The notes under the pieces are model-generated. The model was not told the DNA's origin. It saw only the letters and a program-made list of their open reading frames with translations, and searched no databases. From an uncultured Lachnospiraceae bacterium (GTDB taxonomy: Bacteria; Bacillota; Clostridia; Christensenellales; UBA1242), in the NCBI GenBank assembly GCA_964489405.1, contig CAZAYL010000002.1:1-62680 (forward strand): DNA of 62,680 nucleotides. Direction: 5' to 3'. The position numbers were made by a program, and so were the translations under genes. Of the stretch, positions 1 through 7,335 are shown in pieces. The stretch's first letter is position 1, and the number at the start of each line of letters is the position of its first letter.

Positions 1-125
1 GATGAAGCGTAGGAATCTCGCGAACCGCGTGCCCCGCGTGCGGTATCGCGTCCCAAGCCCGCCACGCGCCAGCACGATGATAAAATAATTCCTTATTATG
101 CTAGCGCGGTCAATGTGCGTGGTAT
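1..125. repeat. Window-truncated copy of a G+C-rich interspersed repeat module (second copy at 22497-22640)
   Basis: nt 1-50 are identical to 22497-22546. Similarity continues with substitutions (cccaagcccgccacgcgccagcacgatgataaaat vs cccacaagcccgcctagcgctagcacgatgataaaat). The gtgcg(t)ggtatcgcgccc sub-repeat occurs twice. Confidence 0.85.
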
Positions 126-140
126 CGCGCCCACCCAAGC

Positions 141-165
141 AAAAAAAATCGGCACTTTTGCCGAT
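141..165 (-). terminator. Rho-independent terminator downstream of tRNA-Arg
   Basis: Stem atcggca (148-154) / tgccgat (159-165) with loop cttt. On the minus strand it is followed by a T-run (complement of the A-run at 141-148). Confidence 0.7.
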
Positions 166-168
166 TTT

Positions 169-245
169 TGGTGCGCCATGGGCGATTCGAACGCTCGACC
201 TTTAGTTCCGTAGACTAACGCTCTATCCAGCTGAGCTAATGGCGC
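169..245 (-). tRNA. tRNA-Arg (anticodon ACG), CCA encoded
   Basis: The reverse complement folds as a cloverleaf. Acceptor GCGCCAT/ATGGCGC; D-arm GCTC-AGCTGGATA-GAGC; anticodon stem TTAGT/ACTAA with loop CTACGGA; T-loop TTCGAAT with one A.C mismatch in the T-stem; 3' ACCA. Confidence 0.88.
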
Positions 246-325
246 ATTGATTAAATAACACACGAGTGTGCTAGTGTGCTAGGTTGATAAATTATGTATA
301 GTCTATATCTCTAACCCGCCTTTAT

Positions 326-354
326 ATTTTATATCATATAAAATTTTTTGTCAA
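326..354 (-). promoter_or_regulatory. Candidate sigma-70-type promoter for the tRNA-Arg transcript
   Basis: On the minus strand: TTGACA (rc of 349-354), 17-nt spacer, TAAAAT (rc of 326-331). It lies about 80 nt upstream of the tRNA 5' end. Confidence 0.45.
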
Positions 355-463
355 GTACTTTTATTAAATTCAAATGATTAATTCTTGCAAATTCCCATAG
401 CAAATTCCGCACCTAATCTCGCTTTGAAAATTAGGGGATATCACAAATTAACAAATAAGCAAC

Positions 464-488
464 TAAAAAGAACGGCATCGTGCCGTCC
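464..488 (-). terminator. Rho-independent terminator after the M23 peptidase gene
   Basis: Minus-strand hairpin gacggca-cga-tgccgtt followed by a T-run (complement of the aaaaag at 465-470). Confidence 0.6.
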
Positions 489-541
489 ATTAAAGCGCAT
501 TAATCGTAGAAACAATACTAACAACAACGGGGCTTCCTATG

Positions 542-1132
542 TTATTTTGTTTCGAGAGTGAGATATTGAGTAGGGTCAACCTTTGCGCCATTTTCGAGTA
601 CTTCAAAATGTAAATGCGCCCCCTGCTTAGCCTCCGCCTGATTCGAACTTGCCACCTTGCCAATGCTTTGCCCCCTTTTCACCTGATCGCCCTCTTTCAC
701 AATAGGTTCAGTGTCAAGCGAAGAATAAACCGTCGCCAACTTGTCGTTGTGCCTTATCGTAATAGTTGTTCCCATAAGATACGACGACTTCACGCTCTCC
801 ACAACTCCGTCATAAACCGCCATAACATCAGCGCCGTTTGTAGCGGAAAAATCGATTGCCTTGTGCGCCTCCCACTGGTTCAAAGTCGCATTAAACTGTA
901 ACGCGCTCCCCGAATATCCCATAAGCACCGTCGCATTCTCAAGCGGATTGGCAAAAACAATCGGCACATTGGCAGTTTCTTCAATCGGAGTGCCATTTTG
1001 ATTCAAATTTTTGTCCGCACTCGGCACCGAAAAAGCAACAATAAGCGCAAGCGTAAGAATAAACGCCGTTATCAAAACCCCATACGCCACAATCTTAATA
1101 TTTGTTTTCCTTTGATTATTTATATTTGACAT
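542..1132 (-). CDS. Membrane-anchored M23/LytM-family metallopeptidase
   Basis: 196-aa ORF with an N-terminal TM helix (IVAYGVLITAFILTLALIVAF). M23 signatures HKAIDF and GAHLHFEV are present. GGAGG Shine-Dalgarno (SD) sequence upstream. Confidence 0.8.
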   Translation of the reverse strand: MSNINNQRKTNIKIVAYGVLITAFILTLALIVAFSVPSADKNLNQNGTPIEETANVPIVFANPLENATVLMGYSGSALQFNATLNQWEAHKAIDFSATNGADVMAVYDGVVESVKSSYLMGTTITIRHNDKLATVYSSLDTEPIVKEGDQVKRGQSIGKVASSNQAEAKQGAHLHFEVLENGAKVDPTQYLTLETK

Positions 1133-1279
1133 TTTTTGTCCTCCTTGTATGAGATTGTGGACAATGTTTTATTTTTTTATACAATTTGGGAAAAATTTGC
1201 AAACAAATTTAAATTTCACTATTCAAATTGCTAGTTTTTTTGTGCATTTTGTGATAAAATAAAAAAGTGGAGGTAAAAA

Positions 1280-1747
1280 ATGGCAAAAAAATCAAAAATG
1301 ACAAACTTTATCGTCAAAGGAATTTCTGCAGTTTGTGCATTCCTTGCATCAATGATGCTCATTTGTCCGCTATATTTGAACAAAGTTGGAAGTGCAAACT
1401 TGTTTGATTGTTTGGATCACACAGAAGAACTTTTTGATTTGTATGGAACAAGCTACGCTATGATGACTATTGTCTTTGCAATTGTGTTCTTTGTTGGCTT
1501 GATTATGGCAGTTATGTTTATACTCAATATGTTCTTGAACAACAAATTGATTGACAAAATTCTTGTGATTGTTGGTGTTGCATTTGCGCTACTTGCAGTT
1601 GCAGGTTTGATTTGCACTTTTGTTTTTTGTGGAACAGACATTGCAAAATTAGCAAATTTGGGTGTTGGCGTTGGTGCAATCCTTGCTACAATCTTTGCAG
1701 TTGCTAGTTGCGCGATGACATTTGCTGAAAAATCACTATGCAAATAA
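1280..1747 (+). CDS. Hypothetical polytopic membrane protein
   Basis: 155-aa ORF with four hydrophobic segments and a GGAGG SD 7 nt upstream. No recognisable motif. Confidence 0.6.
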   Translation: MAKKSKMTNFIVKGISAVCAFLASMMLICPLYLNKVGSANLFDCLDHTEELFDLYGTSYAMMTIVFAIVFFVGLIMAVMFILNMFLNNKLIDKILVIVGVAFALLAVAGLICTFVFCGTDIAKLANLGVGVGAILATIFAVASCAMTFAEKSLCK

Positions 1748-1788
1748 TCAACTTAGTTAATGCTGACAACATCGCGGTATTTCTAAGC

Positions 1789-1829
1789 AAAAAGCATATT
1801 CTATAATATCAATAGAATATGCTTTTTTT
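1789..1829. terminator. Bidirectional hairpin terminator between convergent genes
   Basis: aaaagcatattctat / atagaatatgctttt, a perfect 15-bp stem flanked by an A-run and a T-run. Confidence 0.75.
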
Positions 1830-1878
1830 ATTGTTTTAAGTTGCGAACGATGTATGTCAATTTTATGCATCATCAAAT

Positions 1879-2718
1879 TTATCTGCTATCATTATCTTTT
1901 TCTATCACTTTTGCCGATTTATCAAGCGACTTCTCCATTTGCGACAAATAAGCGACGCGCTCAACTAAAGTTGCCACAGTGAGAGGCCCAACCCCTTTTG
2001 GCACAGGTGTGATATCGCAAATGTCTTTCAGATTTTCAAAATCGCAGTCGCCACACAATTTGTCATTAACTCTATTAATGCCGACGTCAATAATTGTGCA
2101 CCCTGCTTTGACCATATCTCTCGTGATAGTGTTTGGCTTCCCGACGGCACAAACGATGATATCAGCATTCGCAGTATAGTCTTTCAAGTTCTTAGTCTTT
2201 GAGTGGCAGATAGAAACAGTCGAATTCCTATCCAAAAGCAAATACATCATAGGTTTCCCCACAATATTGCTACGCCCCACAACGACAGCATTCTTGCCAT
2301 TGCAAAAATCTTCGCCGTAATAATAATCTAACAAGTGCATAATTCCACTAGGTGTACAAGGGGGAAACAGTGCATCCTTTGTAAAGCCGTCGACGTCCTT
2401 TGACGCCTTTATTCTGCCCACAACCTTGTCCGTATCAATGCCTTGCGGAAGGGGGAGTTGAACAATTACGCCCGAAACACTATCATCGCGATTAATCTTG
2501 TCGATTAATTCTATATAGTCTTCTGTGGTTGAACCTTCATTTGGATAAATCTCACAATGTTCTATTCCACATTCTTCACATTTCTTAATTTTATTCCTTA
2601 TATAAACTCGGCTTGCAACATCTTCCTTGTTGCCGACAATAACAAGTTTGCCGTGATTATTTTCGCTTTTTGCCTTTTCAATTAGTTGCTGTGCAACAAC
2701 ATCTCCATACAAAATCAT
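1879..2718 (-). CDS. folD: Bifunctional methylenetetrahydrofolate dehydrogenase / methenyl-THF cyclohydrolase
   Basis: 279 aa. Typical FolD motifs VGRSNIVGKPM, GVGPLTVATL and VQLPLP. SD AAGGAG upstream. Confidence 0.9.
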   Translation of the reverse strand: MILYGDVVAQQLIEKAKSENNHGKLVIVGNKEDVASRVYIRNKIKKCEECGIEHCEIYPNEGSTTEDYIELIDKINRDDSVSGVIVQLPLPQGIDTDKVVGRIKASKDVDGFTKDALFPPCTPSGIMHLLDYYYGEDFCNGKNAVVVGRSNIVGKPMMYLLLDRNSTVSICHSKTKNLKDYTANADIIVCAVGKPNTITRDMVKAGCTIIDVGINRVNDKLCGDCDFENLKDICDITPVPKGVGPLTVATLVERVAYLSQMEKSLDKSAKVIEKDNDSR

Positions 2719-3038
2719 TTTTACGCTCCTTTGTGAGTTTTTTAGTTTTTATGTTATAAAACTCTTACAATGTATTATAGCATATTTATCTCACTTTGAA
2801 TAGTACTTTTTTTCATTTTTTTTGTTTCTCTCGCAAAAAAAAACGAAAGGGGGTAATTTCGTCGCCCTTATTTAACGTACTCGAATTTGATGTAATTAAA
2901 TTAGTTAATTTTAATCACTTTTGATATTGCCGAATTTAGTTACATTAAAATTCTACTCCCACCCTTTTAAATATTTTAATTCCATTCTTAGAGCACTTTT
3001 TGCATCAAAATGCCCAATAGATAACAATTGCTAAATGG

Positions 3039-3067
3039 TTGTAAAAAAAACACAAATATGCTATAAT
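3039..3067 (+). promoter_or_regulatory. Promoter of mrnC operon; geometry implies a leaderless mRNA
   Basis: TTGTAA (3039-3044), 17-nt spacer, TGc-TATAAT (3059-3067). The ATG at 3074 is only 6 nt downstream and has no SD. Confidence 0.6.
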
Positions 3068-3073
3068 TAAAAA

Positions 3074-3520
3074 ATGAAAGAATATTTTGAAATATTAGAA
3101 AATATCAATGATGAAAAGGACGCACATTTGCGCAATGTTCTTGTACTTGCTTTTGTTGGGGACGGCTTGTGGACAGCATATGTTCGCGCACACTTAGCAA
3201 AGAATAGTCTTGAAAATAGTGGGAAATTAAATAAAATCGCAAATTCCTACGTCAAGGCAGAAAGTCAATCAATCATTTTTGACGCGCTATCGAGTGAATT
3301 AAAAGAAAACGAACTCAATGTCGCCCGTCGCGCCCGCAATGCAAAATTGCACCACACCGCAAAGAACGCTAGCATTGAGAACTACCGCACCGCCACAAGT
3401 TTTGAAAGCGTGCTTGGCTACGTCTTTATGTCGGGAGATTTAGATAGGCTTACAGAATTGATGAACAAAAGCATTGACATTGTCGAAAAAAATATACTAA
3501 AGGGAAAAATATGCAAATAG
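3074..3520 (+). CDS. mrnC: Mini-ribonuclease III
   Basis: 148 aa with the LAFVGDGLWTAYVRAHL RNase III-like signature. Gene order mrnC-rlmB-sigH matches the Bacillus yazC-yacO-...-sigH neighbourhood. Confidence 0.8.
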   Translation: MKEYFEILENINDEKDAHLRNVLVLAFVGDGLWTAYVRAHLAKNSLENSGKLNKIANSYVKAESQSIIFDALSSELKENELNVARRARNAKLHHTAKNASIENYRTATSFESVLGYVFMSGDLDRLTELMNKSIDIVEKNILKGKICK

Positions 3521-4206
3521 AAGGTAAAAACAGCGTTCTAGAAGCGTTGCGCGTCGGAAAGAAATTCGAAAGTTTACTAATCTTGCAAGGAAGTAAATCG
3601 TGCGGAGAAATTGAACAACTGGCAACACAAAAGAACATTAACATCAAGTTTGTCCCAAAGCAAAAACTCGATGACATCTCAAAGACGCACAAACATCAAG
3701 GCGTCATCGCCTACATTGAGAGTTTTAAATACGCCCCGCTTGAAAGTTTGTTCAAAGACGATGGCTTTATCGTTTTGCTCGACAGCATAGAAGACCCACA
3801 CAACCTTGGCAGTATTATCCGCACTTGCGAATGCGCTGGCGTCGATGGCGTAGTTATTCCAAAACATCGCGCGTGTGAAGTCAATGAAACAGTGTTTAAG
3901 ACAAGCGCGGGCGCGGTTAATCACATAAAAATTGCACAAGTAGGCAGTCTAAATGACGCAATAAAGAAAATGAAAGACAATGGCTACTTTGTTTTCGCGA
4001 CCGCAATGGACGGCGAACTTGCCAAAAACGCTAATCTAAAAGGCAAAATCGGCATAGTCATCGGCAATGAAGGCAGTGGCGTTCATAGATTGACTAGACA
4101 AATTTGCGACGGAACACTAAAGATTGAAATGCGTGGAAAATTAAATTCACTAAATGCGTCTATCGCGTGCGGAATAATCGTCTTTCAAGCATTGGAGCAA
4201 AGATAA
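3511..4206 (+). CDS. rlmB: SpoU/TrmH-family 23S rRNA 2'-O-methyltransferase (RlmB/YacO-like)
   Basis: 231 aa with motifs HNLGSIIRTCECAGV, GNEGSGV and LNASIACGI. Its start overlaps the mrnC stop. Confidence 0.8.
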   Translation: MQIEGKNSVLEALRVGKKFESLLILQGSKSCGEIEQLATQKNINIKFVPKQKLDDISKTHKHQGVIAYIESFKYAPLESLFKDDGFIVLLDSIEDPHNLGSIIRTCECAGVDGVVIPKHRACEVNETVFKTSAGAVNHIKIAQVGSLNDAIKKMKDNGYFVFATAMDGELAKNANLKGKIGIVIGNEGSGVHRLTRQICDGTLKIEMRGKLNSLNASIACGIIVFQALEQR

Positions 4207-4208
4207 AT

Positions 4209-4805
4209 ATGGATGACAAAGATTTAATCAATGAGTTCAAAGCGGGCAACGACTTTGCACTCGAAGAATTGTTGAAACAAAACAAACCGCTCATCAATCA
4301 AATCGCGCGCAAATATTTTTTGATTGGCGCGGAAATTGACGATTTGATTCAAGAAGGAATGATTGGTTTGTATCGCGCAATTGTAACTTTTGATGTTTCA
4401 AAGGATATCAATTTCAAAAGCTATGCCAAAGTCTGCATAGAGCGCGCCGTATTCAACGCAATCAAAAGCGCAAATTCAAAAAAGAATTTACCGCTAAATC
4501 AGTCAGTCAGTCTATCACTGCAAGACGATAGCGAAAGCGATGATGATGACGACGTTGTCGCTTATATCACGTGGGACGACAGCGACCCCGAATCTATTTT
4601 GATAAATCGCGAAAATTATTCAAAACTTTTTGAGAAAGCAACGCAAAACCTTAGCGTTTTTGAGAAAAATGTGTTAAAATTATATTTAGACGGTTTGACA
4701 TATGCTGAAATTGCGGAAAAATTAAACAAAAGCGCAAAAAGCGTCGACAATGGCTTAACTCGCATTAAGACTAAAATTTCAATATCAAACTTTCAAAATG
4801 AATAA
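4209..4805 (+). CDS. sigH: Sigma-70 family sigma factor, SigH-like
   Basis: ATG at 4209 (MDDKDLINEF). Region 2 (DDLIQEGMIGLYRAI) and region 4 HTH (LTYAEIAEKLNKSAKSVDNGLTRIK) are present. There is an unusual acidic insert, DDSESDDDDDVVAYITWDDSDPE. Synteny is with mrnC-rlmB. Confidence 0.75.
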   Translation: MDDKDLINEFKAGNDFALEELLKQNKPLINQIARKYFLIGAEIDDLIQEGMIGLYRAIVTFDVSKDINFKSYAKVCIERAVFNAIKSANSKKNLPLNQSVSLSLQDDSESDDDDDVVAYITWDDSDPESILINRENYSKLFEKATQNLSVFEKNVLKLYLDGLTYAEIAEKLNKSAKSVDNGLTRIKTKISISNFQNE

Positions 4806-4814
4806 AGGAGCAAA

Positions 4815-5918
4815 ATGGCATATTTAGCACTCTATAGAAAATATCGCCCGCAAACTTTCGACAAAGTTGTTGGGCAAGAACATATTACAAAAACACTTAT
4901 CAATCAAATAAAATCAAACAAAATAAGCCACGCGTATTTGTTTTGTGGTTCACGCGGGACGGGGAAAACAAGCGTCGCAAAAATTTTCGCACGCGCGATT
5001 AATTGCGAAACCCCAATAGACGGCTCCCCGTGCGGGAAATGCAAGTCTTGCCAAGAAGTAAATGTTTTGAACAATATGGATATTATGGAAATCGACGCTG
5101 CCAGCAACAACCGCGTCGATGAAATTCGCGACCTACGCGAAAAGGTCAAATATCCGCCCGTTACGGGTAAGTACAAAGTGTATATCGTCGACGAAGTGCA
5201 TATGCTCACAGACTCTGCATTCAATGCACTGCTAAAGACTTTGGAAGAACCCCCTGCACATTGCGTGTTCATTTTGGCGACTACTGAAGTCCAAAAATTG
5301 CCCGCGACGATTTTGTCGAGATGTATGCGCTTTGATTTCAAATTGATTGAACAAGGTATGCTTGAACAAATGCTAAAATCCGTCTTTGACGACTCGGGCA
5401 TCAAATACGACAACGACGCGGTTGCGTATATTGCCAAAGAAGGAAATGGTAGCGCGCGCGACACGCTTTCAATCGCTGATATGTGTGTGTCGTTCAGCAA
5501 TTCAAATGTTACGTATGACAGCGTTTTGCAAGTGCTGGGCGTCAATGACGACGCGGTTTTGGGCGAACTTGCACAAGCAATCATTGACGGAGATGCTGGC
5601 GCGTATCTATCAAAAATTGACGAGCTCGCCAAATTAGGGAAAAGTTTGTCAATGCTCGTGCGCGATATATCAATATATTTCCGCAACCTTATGATTGTCA
5701 AAAGTTGTAAAGGTTATAGAAATATGATTGTTTTGCGCGATGACGTCGCTCGACTTATGGAGAAGCAAGCAACTGCACTTGAAATGTCTCAAATCACAGA
5801 CTGCCTTGCGGAATTTGGCGAAGTGGAACTAAATCTAAAATACAGCGTTCGCCCTCAACTCTTGATTGAAGTCGCGGGACTTAAATGTATGAAAAAAAAA
5901 CAAATGATGAAGATTTAG
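4815..5918 (+). CDS. dnaX: DNA polymerase III gamma/tau subunit, zero-frame product (ATPase and clamp-loader domains only)
   Basis: 367 aa with Walker A GSRGTGKTS, DEVHML, the SRC motif (ILSRC) and the Zn module CGKCKSC. It stops at 5916-5918, just after an A9 run. Confidence 0.9.
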   Translation: MAYLALYRKYRPQTFDKVVGQEHITKTLINQIKSNKISHAYLFCGSRGTGKTSVAKIFARAINCETPIDGSPCGKCKSCQEVNVLNNMDIMEIDAASNNRVDEIRDLREKVKYPPVTGKYKVYIVDEVHMLTDSAFNALLKTLEEPPAHCVFILATTEVQKLPATILSRCMRFDFKLIEQGMLEQMLKSVFDDSGIKYDNDAVAYIAKEGNGSARDTLSIADMCVSFSNSNVTYDSVLQVLGVNDDAVLGELAQAIIDGDAGAYLSKIDELAKLGKSLSMLVRDISIYFRNLMIVKSCKGYRNMIVLRDDVARLMEKQATALEMSQITDCLAEFGEVELNLKYSVRPQLLIEVAGLKCMKKKQMMKI

Positions 5919-6391
5919 CGCTTGAAGACTCTTTAAATACGCAAAATGCTGATTTTGAAAACTTAAAGAATGAAACAATATTGATGGACGCGCAAATGTT
6001 CCCCACCCCTGAAAGTGCTAAAGTCGTTGACGAAGTAATTGCAAATACTGAGATTGAACTAAAAGACGACATTTTTGAAAATAAAGGGACAAGCGCGGAA
6101 CTGCGACTTTGGGGAGACATTTTGCTAAAAGTTAAACAAAGTGGCGACAATATTTTAGGAGCGATTTGCGAAACAATCGACAAAACAAAAATAAACGGCG
6201 ATAATTTTGAGATATATTTGCACTCAAATAGTTTCGACAATATTGAGTATTATAACAAAATGCAAAAAATTATTAGGGAACTTACTAACTTAAATCTCAA
6301 AGTTTGCAATTATGACAACAAAAATATGAAAATAGACAAAGATATTGAGTATCTAAAACAAAAATTTGGCGAAAAATTAAGTATTATATAA
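5885..6391 (+). CDS. dnaX: Probable C-terminal (tau-specific) part of DnaX, encoded in the -1 frame
   Basis: 168-codon ORF in the -1 frame relative to 4815-5918. That frame is closed by TAA at 5882-5884. Fusing the two frames would give about 525 aa, a typical Firmicute DnaX length. Confidence 0.6.
   Translation: MYEKKTNDEDLALEDSLNTQNADFENLKNETILMDAQMFPTPESAKVVDEVIANTEIELKDDIFENKGTSAELRLWGDILLKVKQSGDNILGAICETIDKTKINGDNFEIYLHSNSFDNIEYYNKMQKIIRELTNLNLKVCNYDNKNMKIDKDIEYLKQKFGEKLSII
5892..5900 (+). other. A9 homopolymer: candidate -1 frameshift / transcriptional slippage site in dnaX
   Basis: Nine consecutive A (A_AAA_AAA_A in the zero frame) lie inside the 34-nt overlap between the two dnaX reading frames. 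Confidence 0.6.
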
Positions 6392-6407
6392 TAAGGAGAT
6401 TATAATT

Positions 6408-6731
6408 ATGATGAAAGGTGGATTTGGTGGTATGAATATGCAACAACTAATGAAACAAGCACAAGCGATGCAACAAAAAATGGCAGAAGATAGACAAAAA
6501 CTCGATGAGAGTGTCGTTACTGCAAAAAGTGGTGGAGATTTGGTAGAAGTTACGATGAATGGTAAATACGAACTTCAGTCAATCAAAATTAACCCCAACG
6601 CGGTCGATATGGACGACTTGGAAATGCTCGAAGATTTGATTATGGCGTCAATCAATGACGCAACCGCGCAAATTAAGGAACTTGAAGAACAACTCGCGCC
6701 AAAACTTCCAAACGGAATGGGGGCATTTTAA
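6408..6731 (+). CDS. ybaB: YbaB/EbfC nucleoid-associated protein
   Basis: 107 aa starting MMKGGFGGMNMQQLMKQAQAMQQKM. Conserved dnaX-ybaB-recR order. Confidence 0.9.
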   Translation: MMKGGFGGMNMQQLMKQAQAMQQKMAEDRQKLDESVVTAKSGGDLVEVTMNGKYELQSIKINPNAVDMDDLEMLEDLIMASINDATAQIKELEEQLAPKLPNGMGAF

Positions 6732-7321
6732 TGAATCAAATTGAGAGTTTGGAAAAATTAGTAAATTTTTTCTCGAACTTACCTGGCGTTGGAATGAAAA
6801 CCGCTCAACGCTATGCCTACTATATCTTGAACAAAGATGCTGACTATGTCCGCGATTTTGCTAGCGCTATCATCGAGGCGAATAAGAGTATCCACTATTG
6901 CGCCAATTGTGGCAATTTTACTGACAAAGATATTTGCGACATTTGCGCGACACGACCGAACAAAGTCATTTGCGTCGTCAAAGAACCAAAAGACGTCCTA
7001 GCTATCGAAAAAGTCAAAGACTTCAAAGGTCAATACCACATATTGCACGGCACACTAAGTCCGCTTGACAATCGTGGCCCTGATGACATCAAAATCAAGG
7101 AACTGCTAGCGCGCGTTCAACAAGGGGGAGTCGAAGAAATAATTATGGCAACAAACCCTGACGTCGAGGGCGAGGCGACTGCAATGTATATTGCAAAATT
7201 GCTAAAACCTTTTGGCATCAAAATTACACGCCTTTCGCAAGGTGTTTCGATGGGAAGTGACATTGAATACGCTGACGAAGTTACTTTATCGCGTGCTTTG
7301 GAAGATAGAAAAGAAATTTAA
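6731..7321 (+). CDS. recR: Recombination protein RecR
   Basis: 196 aa with HhH (LPGVGMKTAQR), a Cys4 zinc finger (CANCGNFTDKDICDIC) and a Toprim region. The start overlaps the ybaB stop (TAATG). Confidence 0.92.
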   Translation: MNQIESLEKLVNFFSNLPGVGMKTAQRYAYYILNKDADYVRDFASAIIEANKSIHYCANCGNFTDKDICDICATRPNKVICVVKEPKDVLAIEKVKDFKGQYHILHGTLSPLDNRGPDDIKIKELLARVQQGGVEEIIMATNPDVEGEATAMYIAKLLKPFGIKITRLSQGVSMGSDIEYADEVTLSRALEDRKEI

Positions 7322-7335
7322 TTTTAGGAGTTAAT

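Noticed and set aside
2719-3038. Riboswitch, T-box or other structured leader RNA in the longer intergenic regions (2719-3073, 21474-22008, 32515-32841, 36283-36697).
   Set aside because: I could not recognise any conserved riboswitch or T-box core sequence. The regions are AT-rich with only promoter- or terminator-like elements. A covariance-model scan (Rfam/Infernal) would be needed to exclude them properly.
4167-4208. Upstream alternative starts suggested by the ORF track: GTG 4167 for sigH, TTG 34224 for dnaA, and the extensions at 23285 (greA), 15044, 13122, 39626, 47859 and 50327.
   Set aside because: In each case an internal ATG has a proper SD or a directly adjacent promoter. The extension either overlaps the upstream gene or terminator, or lies upstream of the predicted transcription start.
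4904-5701. 265-aa ORF antisense to dnaX.
   Set aside because: It lies entirely within the well-supported dnaX coding region on the opposite strand. Its composition is low-complexity and Ser-rich, and it has no SD. It is a typical shadow ORF.
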